Source of the DNA: Candidatus Micrarchaeota archaeon
GTDB taxonomy: Archaea; Micrarchaeota; Micrarchaeia; Anstonellales; Anstonellaceae
Assembly: GCA_964458205.1 (NCBI GenBank)
Contig: CAYWFJ010000001.1
Location: 1-45,963, forward strand
Reading direction: 5' to 3'
Length of the DNA stretch: 45,963 bases
In this document: positions 1 through 8,612 of the stretch, one piece after another
Numbering within the stretch: the first letter of the stretch is position 1
Layout of the letters: every line of letters starts with the position of its first letter
Notes under the pieces: generated by a model
Seen by the model: only the letters and a program-made list of their open reading frames with translations
Database searches by the model: none
What the model was told of the DNA's origin: nothing
Made by a program: the position numbers and the translations under genes

Positions 1-379
1 CCAATTCTACCCAATAGCCTGTTTAAAGCATGCGGTTTGCCATCCGCTGCCCCAAACGGTTTAATAGCTTTCCAGGCATTACAGCCATAAACGGGGTGAA
101 AACATGAGACGAGGCAAGAAATCGGCAACGCGCCACCAGTCAAGGAAGAGGGCAAAATCAAACTGATTTTGTGCCGAGGCAAATCCAACGCGCGAAGAGC
201 AACTGATTTTTTTCTCTTCTTCTTTAGATTTTCTACTTTTTCTTAATTTTTTCTTTTTTTTTGACTATCTGCCCCAATTCATCAATCGCCTTCGCGCCGC
301 TGCGCGGAGTTTTGCCGAATGCTCCGCATTCGTCAATCGTCCCATGAATCTGTAGAAGTTTTATTAACCTCCTCTTCAT

Positions 380-409
380 TTCCCTATTGCGACCAAGAGT
401 GATAGGGAA
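380..409. promoter_or_regulatory. Perfect 8-bp inverted repeat TTCCCTAT-N14-ATAGGGAA between a TATA-like TTTTATTAA (359-367) and the start codon of the oxidoreductase operon
   Basis: Read directly: arms at 380-387 and 402-409, with the right arm overlapping the A of ATG 409. It lies between TATA and start, where archaeal repressors often bind. Function not shown. Confidence 0.3.
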
Positions 410-2160
410 TGGCGGACACAAACAGGCTAAACTTTCTCATAGGCGGCCCGGCAGGAGCCGGCGTTGCGACCATGGGCATCCTCTTTGCAAAATGCATGCA
501 GCGCGCCGGGCTCAACGTATTCGGCACCAACGACTACCCCTCGCTCATAAAGGGCGGGCACAACACTTATGCGATAAGCGCGAGCGACGAGCAGATAAAT
601 TCCCTTATGGGCAAGCCCGACATGCTGCTCGCGCTTGACCAATTGACAATAAGGCTCCACTCAAAATGCCTCTCGCCCGGCGGAGCGCTCATCTACGATT
701 CGAACAAGGTGAAGGAGGGGGACATCGCGGAGGGCAGGAAGGACATTTTCCACGTCGGCGCGCCATTCACCGAAATGGCTGCGAAAGCCGGCGGGGAGAT
801 AATGTTCAACACCGTTGCGCTTGGCGCCGCGGTCGGCGTCCTGGGGATGGACTTCTCGATTGCCGAGGGGCTCTTGCGCAGGATTTGGGAAAAGAAAGGC
901 GAGGAAGTCGTGCAGCAGAACATCGCCGCGGCAAGGGCCGGCTTCGACTACTCGCGCTCGGAGCTGAAAACCCCTTTCAAGGTGAAAATCGAGCCGGTGA
1001 AGCGCGACAAGACCATCTTCATAAACGGCAACGAGGCGGTGGTGGTCGGCGCCGTGAAGGCCGGCTGCAAGTTCGTGGCGGAATACCCCATGAGCCCCTC
1101 CTCGTCCATCCTGCACCTGATGGCAGGGCACGAGCGCGAATACGGGATAATCGTGAAGCAGACCGAGGACGAGCTTTCCGCTGCGCACATGATTGCAGGC
1201 GCGAGCTTCGCAGGCGCGCGCTCGATGACTGCAACCTCGGGCGGGGGCTTTTCCCTGATGACCGAGGCTTTGGGCATGATGGGCATGATGGAGCTGCCCT
1301 GCGTGATAATAAACTCGCAGCGCTGCGGGCCTTCGACCGGGCTTCCCACTTACACCGAGCAGGCCGACCTCCTATTCTCGCTTCACGCATCACAGGGCGA
1401 ATTCCCCCGCGTGGTGGTCGCGCCGGGCGATGTGGAAGAATGCTATGCGGAGACGATAAACGCGTTCAATCTCGCGGAGCTTGTGCAGGCTCCTGCGATA
1501 ATACTATTGGACAAATACCTCTCCGAAAGCTCCAAGACAACCGAGGATTTCAGGAAACTGCAGACCGGGGTGGAGCGCGGCAGGCTCATATCTGATTCCG
1601 AGATGGAAAAAGCGGAAGGTTTCAAGCGCTATGCATTCAATTCAGACGGCATCTCCCCGCGATGCCTTCCAGGGCAGAAGAACGGGCTGCACGTCTGCTC
1701 CTCTTACGAGCATGACGAGACCGGATTCTCATCCGAAGAAGCCGGGATGCGCGTTGCGATGATAAACAAGCGGGCGAAGAAGCTTGCGGCAATAAGCGAG
1801 GAGCTTATCGCGCCAACCTTCCACGGGGCGATGCAGTCCCAGGCCGAAATACTCCTTGTCTGCTGGGGCTCGACCAAAGGGGCGGCAATCGACTCCCTTA
1901 GGTTCCTTGCAAAGGAGGGCATAGCCGCAAGGGTGATGCACCTCCGCTACGCAGAGCCGTTCCCGTCAAAGCGCGTGCTATCTGCGCTCACATCCGCCAA
2001 AAGCACGCTCATAATAGAGGGGAACTCGAACGCGCAGATGCGCGAGCACATACTCAAAAAGACCGGCTATTACATCGAGAAGGCCTATCTTCGCTACGAT
2101 GGCAGGCCCTTCATCGCAAAGGACATAGCCGAGCACGTGAAAACAACCTTGAAAAAGTAG
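409..2160 (+). CDS. 2-oxoacid:ferredoxin oxidoreductase, fused gamma-alpha subunit
   Basis: 583-aa ORF. N-terminal gamma-type domain (FLIGGPAGAGVATMG), then alpha domain motifs (AEYPMSPSS, TSGGGFSLMTE). The TPP-binding beta subunit follows 9 bp downstream. Confidence 0.85.
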   Translation: MADTNRLNFLIGGPAGAGVATMGILFAKCMQRAGLNVFGTNDYPSLIKGGHNTYAISASDEQINSLMGKPDMLLALDQLTIRLHSKCLSPGGALIYDSNKVKEGDIAEGRKDIFHVGAPFTEMAAKAGGEIMFNTVALGAAVGVLGMDFSIAEGLLRRIWEKKGEEVVQQNIAAARAGFDYSRSELKTPFKVKIEPVKRDKTIFINGNEAVVVGAVKAGCKFVAEYPMSPSSSILHLMAGHEREYGIIVKQTEDELSAAHMIAGASFAGARSMTATSGGGFSLMTEALGMMGMMELPCVIINSQRCGPSTGLPTYTEQADLLFSLHASQGEFPRVVVAPGDVEECYAETINAFNLAELVQAPAIILLDKYLSESSKTTEDFRKLQTGVERGRLISDSEMEKAEGFKRYAFNSDGISPRCLPGQKNGLHVCSSYEHDETGFSSEEAGMRVAMINKRAKKLAAISEELIAPTFHGAMQSQAEILLVCWGSTKGAAIDSLRFLAKEGIAARVMHLRYAEPFPSKRVLSALTSAKSTLIIEGNSNAQMREHILKKTGYYIEKAYLRYDGRPFIAKDIAEHVKTTLKK

Positions 2161-2169
2161 CGTGATTTT

Positions 2170-3024
2170 ATGGCAACCGTTGCAGAGCTGAATTCCGGGC
2201 ACACGCCCACCTGGTGCCCGGGCTGCGGGGACTTTGCGATACTTGCGGCGCTGAAAGGCGCACTCTCAAAGCTCAACGTCCCGCAGGAGGACACGGTGAT
2301 CGTCTCAGGCATAGGCTGCGGAAGCAAAATCCCCCACTTCATCAGGACATACGGGTTTGAGAGCCTGCACGGGCGCTCGCTCCCCCCTGCAACCGGGATA
2401 CACCTTGCAAACGACCGCCTCAAGGTCATCGCAATAGGCGGGGACGGCGACGGCTGCGGGATAGGGATGGGGCACCTGGTGCACACCATGCGCAGGAACC
2501 TCAACATCTGCTACATAGTCCAGGACAACGAAATCTACGGGCTTACTACCGGGCAGACCTCGCCCACCACCCGGAAGGGGACGAAAACGCGCTCCACGCC
2601 GAACGGCTCAATCGAGCAGGAAGTGAACCCCCCTCTAATCGCGCTTGCCGCAGGGGCAACGTTCGTCGCGCGCGGCTTTGCAGGCGATGTCGCTCACCTC
2701 ACCAGCCTCATCGAGCAGGGGATATCCCACCGGGGCGTCTCGTTCATCGACATTTTCCAGCCATGCGTTACCTGGCGCAAGGACCTTCCCTACAGCCTCT
2801 ACCAGTCCAAAGTGTACAAACTTGAGGAGGCAGGGCACGACACAACGAATTTCGATGCGGCAATCGACCGCGCGCGCGAAACCGAGCGCTGGCCAATAGG
2901 GGTGTTCTACAAAACAGACAAGCCCATTTACACGGATGAAATACCCTTCATAAAGGACAAGCCGTTAGTCTCGCAGGACATATCCAACGTGGACATCTCA
3001 AAATTCATCGAGGAGTTCTTCTAG
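2170..3024 (+). CDS. 2-oxoacid:ferredoxin oxidoreductase, beta (TPP-binding) subunit
   Basis: 284-aa ORF with WCPGCGDF, GIGCGSK and the TPP motif GGDGDG...QDN. Operon partner of 409-2160. Confidence 0.88.
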   Translation: MATVAELNSGHTPTWCPGCGDFAILAALKGALSKLNVPQEDTVIVSGIGCGSKIPHFIRTYGFESLHGRSLPPATGIHLANDRLKVIAIGGDGDGCGIGMGHLVHTMRRNLNICYIVQDNEIYGLTTGQTSPTTRKGTKTRSTPNGSIEQEVNPPLIALAAGATFVARGFAGDVAHLTSLIEQGISHRGVSFIDIFQPCVTWRKDLPYSLYQSKVYKLEEAGHDTTNFDAAIDRARETERWPIGVFYKTDKPIYTDEIPFIKDKPLVSQDISNVDISKFIEEFF

Positions 3025-3563
3025 CTTTTGCTTTTCCCTGCAAGCGCCTTCGCATAGTCCAGCATTTCCGGAACGGTTGCATAAAATGCAATTCGCCGTT
3101 CATCCATCCTCTTCAAAATCCAGCTCGCGGCCATGCACAGGGCGGAAGCGCACCAGGCTGCCAGGCTCAGCAGCGGGTTGGAATAGTCAACCACTGCGAT
3201 GATGGATTTGGCAGGCAGGGTAACGATGCCGGCCGCAGCTGACAATATGCTTAGGACCACGGACATATCGGACATTGCCTCCAGCTTTGAATGCTTCTCC
3301 CTCTCAATCCCAGCCTCAAGGCATACCTGGACCTGGTTTTCGCCAATGGCGGCCAGCAGCGCATCCGATTTCCCCCTCATGCGCGATTCTAGCCGGGAAA
3401 TTCTCTGCCTTATGCGCGCTTTGGCAAAGGCCGGAGGCTCCGCTCCCCCAAGCAAGCCTTCAAATCCCCTGATTTTCAAGTAGCCTTTATGGAACCGCCT
3501 GAGCATCGCGAATTCTTTTTTGTGCCGGCTTCCTTGCAGGCACTGCGCAGGCGCACATTCCAT
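3021..3563 (-). CDS. hypothetical membrane protein
   Basis: 180-aa ORF with two C-terminal hydrophobic helices. TATA-like TTTTATAAAT (complement of about 3583-3594) lies about 20 nt upstream of ATG 3563, consistent with a leaderless mRNA. No recognisable family. Confidence 0.45.
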   Translation of the reverse strand: MECAPAQCLQGSRHKKEFAMLRRFHKGYLKIRGFEGLLGGAEPPAFAKARIRQRISRLESRMRGKSDALLAAIGENQVQVCLEAGIEREKHSKLEAMSDMSVVLSILSAAAGIVTLPAKSIIAVVDYSNPLLSLAAWCASALCMAASWILKRMDERRIAFYATVPEMLDYAKALAGKSKS

Positions 3564-3745
3564 GCTTTTTTGCCAGTGTTTCTATTTATAAAATTATGTA
3601 TATTCTTTATGCCCGTAAACCGTGATTCGGGCAGTGCAAGATGGCGGCGCCTCCAATTGCCCCCTTCTGCATGCCTGGGCAAGCCTCCGGCTCAGCCTCG
3701 ATTTCTGCCTCAGGCAAATCACAGGGTGCTGCGCGATGCCGAATC

Positions 3746-4834
3746 CTATTTCCGCTTTTCCATCGCCGCAAGCACGCGCTCTTTTGCAATCGCAAGCGCG
3801 GTTTTCCTTGTGTCCTTGCCGCCGGACCTTTCAAGCACGAGCAGAGTGTTCTTGGTTATCTTTTCGCGAACCAGGGAGAACATGTCCTTCTCGCTTCCGC
3901 CTGAAAATTCCACATAGGAGGATATCACGCCGCCAGCGTTTGCGACAAAGTCCGGAACGATTAGGATGCCTCTCTTCTCAAGCATAAGCTCGAATTCCGG
4001 CTTCGCAGGTATGTTTGCTGCCTCTGAGACTATCCTTGCATTTATCTTTCCCACATTGCCCTCATGTATCACGTTCGGGCGGGCGCCTGGCACCAGCACG
4101 TCGCATTTCACGGCAAAAAGGTCGGCTGCGGAAAGCACCTTTGCGCCAGGGTAGGCAGTCACAGTTCCCTTTTCTTTCTTGACTTCCATGAGCTTATTGT
4201 AATCAAGTCCGCTCTCAAGGTATGCGGTGCCCTTTGAGTCCGAGACCGCAACCACCTTCGCGCCTTTTTCAGTCAGGAATTTCGCCGTGAAGGTGCCCAC
4301 GTTCCCGAACCCCTCTATCGCAAGCGTAGCTCCGGAAAGGGGGATTTTTTTGTATTCAAGCGCCACTTCGGTCGCAAGCGCCACGCCAAAGCCCGTTGAG
4401 CCAAGCTCGTGCGGGAGGCCGCCCATGTCCGAAGGCTTCCCGGTTGCAGCCTTGGGCGTGCCTATCACGTTTGCGAATATGGCCATCTCCTTCTCGCTCA
4501 TATTCATGTCCGGGCCCGGTATGTAGCAGTAAGGCACAAGCTCGCGGATTTTTTCCGCGAAAGCGCGGACAATCTCGGCCTTGTTAGGCGCGTGCCCCAT
4601 CGCCCTTATGCCGGATTTCGCCCCTCCGAACGGTATCTCGGCAAGCGCGTTTTTCCAAGTCATTGCGCGCGCAAGCCCGAACACTTCCTCTGTGGTGACG
4701 TCGGGCACCAGCCGCACGCCGCCCTTTCCAGGCCCAAGCGCGGTGTTGTCCACCACGACTGTGCCCGACATTTTCGTCTTTGGGTCGTAAACGTGGAGTA
4801 TCCTCTCTGGGCCTATTTCATCTTCGAATGCCAT
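3746..4834 (-). CDS. Glu/Leu/Phe/Val-family amino-acid dehydrogenase (glutamate dehydrogenase-like, short form, about 362 aa)
   Basis: Motifs GPGKGGVRL, PFGGAKSGI and Rossmann GFGNVG. Start moved to ATG 4834 (MAFEDE...), which is preceded by GGAGGG. The track ORF extends to 4942 with no homologous-looking sequence. Confidence 0.85.
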   Translation of the reverse strand: MAFEDEIGPERILHVYDPKTKMSGTVVVDNTALGPGKGGVRLVPDVTTEEVFGLARAMTWKNALAEIPFGGAKSGIRAMGHAPNKAEIVRAFAEKIRELVPYCYIPGPDMNMSEKEMAIFANVIGTPKAATGKPSDMGGLPHELGSTGFGVALATEVALEYKKIPLSGATLAIEGFGNVGTFTAKFLTEKGAKVVAVSDSKGTAYLESGLDYNKLMEVKKEKGTVTAYPGAKVLSAADLFAVKCDVLVPGARPNVIHEGNVGKINARIVSEAANIPAKPEFELMLEKRGILIVPDFVANAGGVISSYVEFSGGSEKDMFSLVREKITKNTLLVLERSGGKDTRKTALAIAKERVLAAMEKRK

Positions 4835-4944
4835 ATTTTCCCTCCTATAGTTGACGCAAAGTTGCTTTGCGCATTTGCGAACAATGAATAAAAATGGATT
4901 GGTCGGCTGCCAGTTTTTTGTTTGGCAGCCAACCGGCGCCATCC

Positions 4945-5982
4945 CTACTTTTTCACGCAGCGCGGCGAACCGTACGAGACGTCACAGCGGAAGCCGGACG
5001 GGCAGTCGCTTTCCTGCCTGCAGGTTATCTTTATGCACTGGTACTGGCTTGCCGATAGCGGGTCTGTGTCGCAGCGCTCGTCATAGGCGCAATCGCTTGT
5101 CTTTGTGCACCTGCCAATGCGTGTCAGGCAGGTGTGGCTGTCTGAGTCGCATTTCTGCCATTCGCCGCACTCCGCGTCGCTTGAGCAGTAGCCTGTCCTG
5201 CTCTGGCAGCGCTTGATTGCCACATTGCACATCTGCCAGCTTCCGCAATCCCCATCGGACGCGCAAAGCCCGCGCTTTGCCTCGCACACGTGCGATTGGG
5301 CATTGCAAAGCTCCCATGTGGCGCAGTCGTTGTCATTCTCGCAGGAGCCGCTTCCTGCAACGCACCGTTTGGTTGCTGCATCGCAAACCTGCCATTCCTT
5401 GCAGTCCAAGTCGTTGTTGCAGAAGCCCGCCCTTGCCACGCATCTGTTGGTGGTGAGGTTGCATCTTTGCCACTGCTGGCACTCGACGTCTATGCTGCAC
5501 CTTCCTGTGAGCGAAACACATTTCCTCTTCACGGTATCGCAGGTCTGGTATGGCTCGCAGTCGAATTGGCTGTTGCAGTTCCCTGGCTTGGGGGCGCAGA
5601 CATGCCTATCCGGGTGGCATATCTCGCTTTCGGGATTGCACTGCGCGTCGCTGTCGCAAAAGCCAGCCTTCGGCCTGCAGCTGTTGCTTGCAGAATCGCA
5701 AAGCTGCCATCCTCCGCAGTCTGTGTCCAGCCTGCAGCGGTTTTTCTGGTAGGAGCAATAATGGGTGGCGTCGCACATCTTCATCGTGTCATTGCAGTCC
5801 GAGTCAAGGTTGCAGGCGCCGCTTTTCAGCGTGCATTTCTTGATTCCGGTTTCGCAATATTGCCATGCCTTGCATTGGCTGTCCTTCGTGCAGCTGGTGC
5901 TTCCGCTTCCGGCGCATCCTGACAGCGCCAGGAGCGCAACAATCCCGATCACAGCGAGCAGCAAACAAGTCTTCCGTGCCAA
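4945..5982 (-). CDS. secreted cysteine-rich repeat lipoprotein (12 x ~26-aa C-x5-C-x5-C-x6-C modules)
   Basis: 345-aa ORF with a TTG start. Signal peptide with lipobox-like LLALSGC, then 12 tandem modules (48 Cys) with recurring D-x-D-C and W-Q-x-C positions. Confidence 0.8.
   Translation of the reverse strand: MARKTCLLLAVIGIVALLALSGCAGSGSTSCTKDSQCKAWQYCETGIKKCTLKSGACNLDSDCNDTMKMCDATHYCSYQKNRCRLDTDCGGWQLCDSASNSCRPKAGFCDSDAQCNPESEICHPDRHVCAPKPGNCNSQFDCEPYQTCDTVKRKCVSLTGRCSIDVECQQWQRCNLTTNRCVARAGFCNNDLDCKEWQVCDAATKRCVAGSGSCENDNDCATWELCNAQSHVCEAKRGLCASDGDCGSWQMCNVAIKRCQSRTGYCSSDAECGEWQKCDSDSHTCLTRIGRCTKTSDCAYDERCDTDPLSASQYQCIKITCRQESDCPSGFRCDVSYGSPRCVKK
4948..5892 (-). repeat. in-frame tandem coding repeat, period about 78 bp, 12 units
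   Basis: Protein-level periodicity read from the ORF translation (CTKDSQCKAWQYCETGIKKC / CRLDTDCGGWQLCDSASNSC / CNNDLDCKEWQVCDAATKRC and so on). The units are diverged at DNA level. Confidence 0.8.
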
Positions 5983-6021
5983 AAAACCACCCTTACTCCC
6001 TTTCAGCGGTTTTTTTCAGTC

Positions 6022-6065
6022 GGCTAAAATTAAAAAGGGACCGTCCTGCGAAAGGGGTTCGCAGG
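6022..6065 (-). terminator. hairpin plus T-run downstream of the DUF4139-like gene
   Basis: 8-bp stem CCTGCGAA/TTCGCAGG (6045-6065). On the minus strand it is followed by CCCTTTTTTAATTTT. The same AT-rich run could serve as TATA for the cysteine-rich gene. Confidence 0.4.
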
Positions 6066-6081
6066 GCGGGGCGGTTGCCGC

Positions 6082-7617
6082 CTATTTCGGGGCATCAACC
6101 GGATAGGCTATTCCTGCCATCGCATTGCCGTAATAGACTGGCTGCTCGAAGTAGGTGGCCTTGTAGGAATAGGCCACCACGAGCTTCCCGCCTGCCGGAA
6201 CCACAACTTTCCATTCAAGGCGGTTGTCTGACAGCCTTGCTGCCGGGGCGCTTGATTCCAGAAGCTCGACCTTGTCGGCATAATTCATGCTGTCCCGAAG
6301 CGTCACAGGGGCAGGCTCCTTGAGGCTGTTCTCGATTGCCATCGAAACGGAATACGTGATTTCGCGCCGGTCTGCGGCCGGCTTCTCAGTCGTCTGGTTG
6401 GTTTCCTTCTTTATCTCGACTTGCTGGAGGGGCGCATAGTTCACATGCGCCTCCTTCCCCTCGCCGGTGTATTGCACATAGCCTTCCCCTGCAAACGCGC
6501 CCGATTCGAACACCTTCATTATGCCGGCGGCAATCGGCTTCCCCAGTGTGTTCTTGAGGTTGAGCATCCGCCTGACAGGGCCGTAGCCCTCCCACAGGTT
6601 CTCCTTCTCATATTGGATGCCCGACTCGAAAATCTTCAGGTTCGCCCGCTCGTTTTTCAGGATGGTCGCAGGCTCGGAGAGGGTGTAGACATATTGCATG
6701 CCGGCCTCCTCGCCAGAGAAAACAGGCGCAGCCGAGGGAGCCTGGCCCCCGGCAAGCGCAATCTCCTTCCTCGCGTCGCCCGAAAAATCATAATTGTAAT
6801 ACTGGGCAGCTCCGTTTCTTACGAAATTCGGCTGGCCGACCGCAAGCCTTAGCACGACGTTTCTCCAGTCCTCGCCTGCGTAATTCGAGACCTCGCCAAA
6901 TGCCGCCAGGCGGGCGCTTCCGGATGCCGCGCCTGCCATCTCAAGGTTGTAATTCGGCTGCCAGTTTGCGCCCGATGTCATGTAGCTGAAGAGAAGGTCA
7001 TGCGCCCCAGCGCGATTTGCCCCCATGTAGACTTCCAGCCCGCGCTCGCGCACGGTGCCGTTTTTCTCCTCGGTTTTTTTCGTCTCGGATGCGTTCATGA
7101 GCACGTTCTTAAGCCCGCCGTCCACCACGAGGAGGCCAGCCTGGGTCTCAATGCCGATTTTCCCGCCCGACACCCACAGGAGCTTCCCTGCGGTTTCGCC
7201 GCTTTCAAGCCGCACCACCACCTCCTTGCCGTATGACTGGTTGAGCAGCTCGTCAAACGTCAGGTAGCGCTCGCTTTTCTCGCTTGTGTTCCTTTCCTCA
7301 TCGTACCTCTTCACCCAGTGGACCGAGCCGTCCGCATCCTCCGCCCGAAGCGTGTCAAGTATCGCGCCCTCGGTGAAGTTCGCTATCCTAAGGTGCGTGT
7401 TTCCGGCGCTTGGCACCTCCGCTTTCCCGGAAGACGACACAAACGCCATCCCGTTCGAGTATATGAGGACCGAGTTGACGGCAGACGCCATGCCAACCGC
7501 GCTCTCCGCGCCGGCTCCCGCCTGGGGAATCGCAGTAAAGACCAGGATTGCGAAGATTGCCACAATCGCAAACGCCGCCAAGTACCGATAAATGCCATCC
7601 GATTTCTTATCCGCCAT
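6082..7617 (-). CDS. DUF4139-like secreted/anchored protein
   Basis: N-terminal TM helix (YLAAFAIVAIFAILVF). Central ANWQPNYNLE...GEDWRNVVLRLAVGQP resembles the DUF4139 signature. Start set to ATG 7617, preceded by GAGGTGGA; the track start 7626 is GTG. Confidence 0.65.
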   Translation of the reverse strand: MADKKSDGIYRYLAAFAIVAIFAILVFTAIPQAGAGAESAVGMASAVNSVLIYSNGMAFVSSSGKAEVPSAGNTHLRIANFTEGAILDTLRAEDADGSVHWVKRYDEERNTSEKSERYLTFDELLNQSYGKEVVVRLESGETAGKLLWVSGGKIGIETQAGLLVVDGGLKNVLMNASETKKTEEKNGTVRERGLEVYMGANRAGAHDLLFSYMTSGANWQPNYNLEMAGAASGSARLAAFGEVSNYAGEDWRNVVLRLAVGQPNFVRNGAAQYYNYDFSGDARKEIALAGGQAPSAAPVFSGEEAGMQYVYTLSEPATILKNERANLKIFESGIQYEKENLWEGYGPVRRMLNLKNTLGKPIAAGIMKVFESGAFAGEGYVQYTGEGKEAHVNYAPLQQVEIKKETNQTTEKPAADRREITYSVSMAIENSLKEPAPVTLRDSMNYADKVELLESSAPAARLSDNRLEWKVVVPAGGKLVVAYSYKATYFEQPVYYGNAMAGIAYPVDAPK

Positions 7618-7750
7618 CAAATCCACCTCTCAACCATCATTCCCCCAATCGAGTTATAAACGGTTGCGGTTTCGTTCGGGCGCGCTTCCCGCGGTTTCCA
7701 AAGCCCCCCTGGATGATAGCTTTTTAATATTTGGAACGGCAAGCCCGAAC

Positions 7751-8557
7751 ATGAGATTCCAACCAATCCTTTTCGCGCTGGCGCTCTGCCCCGCCCTTTT
7801 CGCGGCAAGCATACTCTCACCCGTTTCAATCAGGGTGGAGGACGGCATGCGGATTGCGCTTGGGGATGTTGGCCCCGGGCAGACATTCTTCGTAATTGCC
7901 GAGCCGAAGGAGGGGACGGGCGGCAAATACGGGATAGGCGGCGCATACGACCAGCTGGTCGCAACCTCGCTTCCGGAAGGCTGGTCCTCCACCCCCTCCA
8001 GGCTATATGGGAACCCCCTTCAGGCGGAGATAACCGTCCCGAAGGATGCGCAGGACGGGGAATACGATGTCGGGCTTACCCTCTGGGACGAGGCGGGAAG
8101 CGAAGGGCTGGGGCCGAATGTGACATTCACCGTCCGGGCGAAAGTCATCCGGGAAGTGATGGACATGCGGGTTGAGCCTTCGCACGTGTCTGCGGGCGCA
8201 GGCCAGCCGGCAAGGTATGTGATAACGATAATGAACAAGGGAATCGCGAATGACGTTTTCAACATAGGCTCCTCTGGGGTGCGCGATTGGGAGTTCCGGC
8301 GCAGCATCTACATCCCCTCCGGCACATCGAAAACCCTCACTTACGAGGTAGTCGGCAACGAGGAGGCGGATTACCGCGTGAAACTGCTCGCCCGCTCGTC
8401 TTCAAGCGACCGGATAAGCGCTGAGAGGGAAGTCACGCTCCGCGTGAACACCGACCTTTTCTCGGATTTCCGCGCAGTGAACAGGGGCGTGCTCCTCTTC
8501 CCGCTCACAGAGGCGCCGCTTTACTTCATAGTGGGCATCCTTTCGAATTTCATCTAG
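7751..8557 (+). CDS. secreted hypothetical protein with C-terminal hydrophobic anchor (possible Ig-like/CARDB-like repeats)
   Basis: Signal peptide MRFQPILFALALCPALFAAS. Start at ATG 7751, about 20-25 nt after CTTTTTAATATTT. C-terminal LYFIVGILSNFI. The fold assignment is a guess. Confidence 0.55.
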   Translation: MRFQPILFALALCPALFAASILSPVSIRVEDGMRIALGDVGPGQTFFVIAEPKEGTGGKYGIGGAYDQLVATSLPEGWSSTPSRLYGNPLQAEITVPKDAQDGEYDVGLTLWDEAGSEGLGPNVTFTVRAKVIREVMDMRVEPSHVSAGAGQPARYVITIMNKGIANDVFNIGSSGVRDWEFRRSIYIPSGTSKTLTYEVVGNEEADYRVKLLARSSSSDRISAEREVTLRVNTDLFSDFRAVNRGVLLFPLTEAPLYFIVGILSNFI

Positions 8558-8612
8558 CCGCGGTGTTTTCTTGCCAGTGAAAAAGGGGGTCAATAGCGCA
8601 CATGCCGCGGCC

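Noticed and set aside
95-215. Possible C/D-box sRNA suggested by the two AACTGATTTT repeats
   Set aside because: There is no RUGAUGA C box, and the box spacing (about 40 and 58 nt) does not fit the 12-nt guide architecture. The T-runs are better read as terminators.
233-421. 62-aa minus-strand ORF (or a 48-aa version from ATG 379) upstream of the oxidoreductase operon
   Set aside because: Its Lys-rich C-terminus is simply the complement of a T-rich, terminator-like tract. The ORF overlaps the predicted korA promoter, and it leaves only 29 bp to the divergent gene. No family was recognised, so it is not reported as a gene.
666-1595. 309-aa alternative-frame ORF and other long overlapping ORFs inside korA, the Cys-repeat gene, glmS, folC, the debranching-enzyme gene and elsewhere
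   Set aside because: These are Arg/Gly/Ala-rich translations in off-frames of genes with strong family motifs, an expected artefact of high GC content.
3600-3745. About 145 bp of GC-rich non-coding sequence between the dehydrogenase gene and the downstream gene's promoter, inspected for a C/D-box sRNA or other ncRNA
   Set aside because: I found only weak box-like matches (GTGATT, CTGA) with the wrong spacing and no convincing structure.
4945-5982. Cys-repeat protein as a diversity-generating retroelement target
   Set aside because: There is no reverse transcriptase, no template/variable repeat pair and no adenine-specific mismatch pattern in the window.
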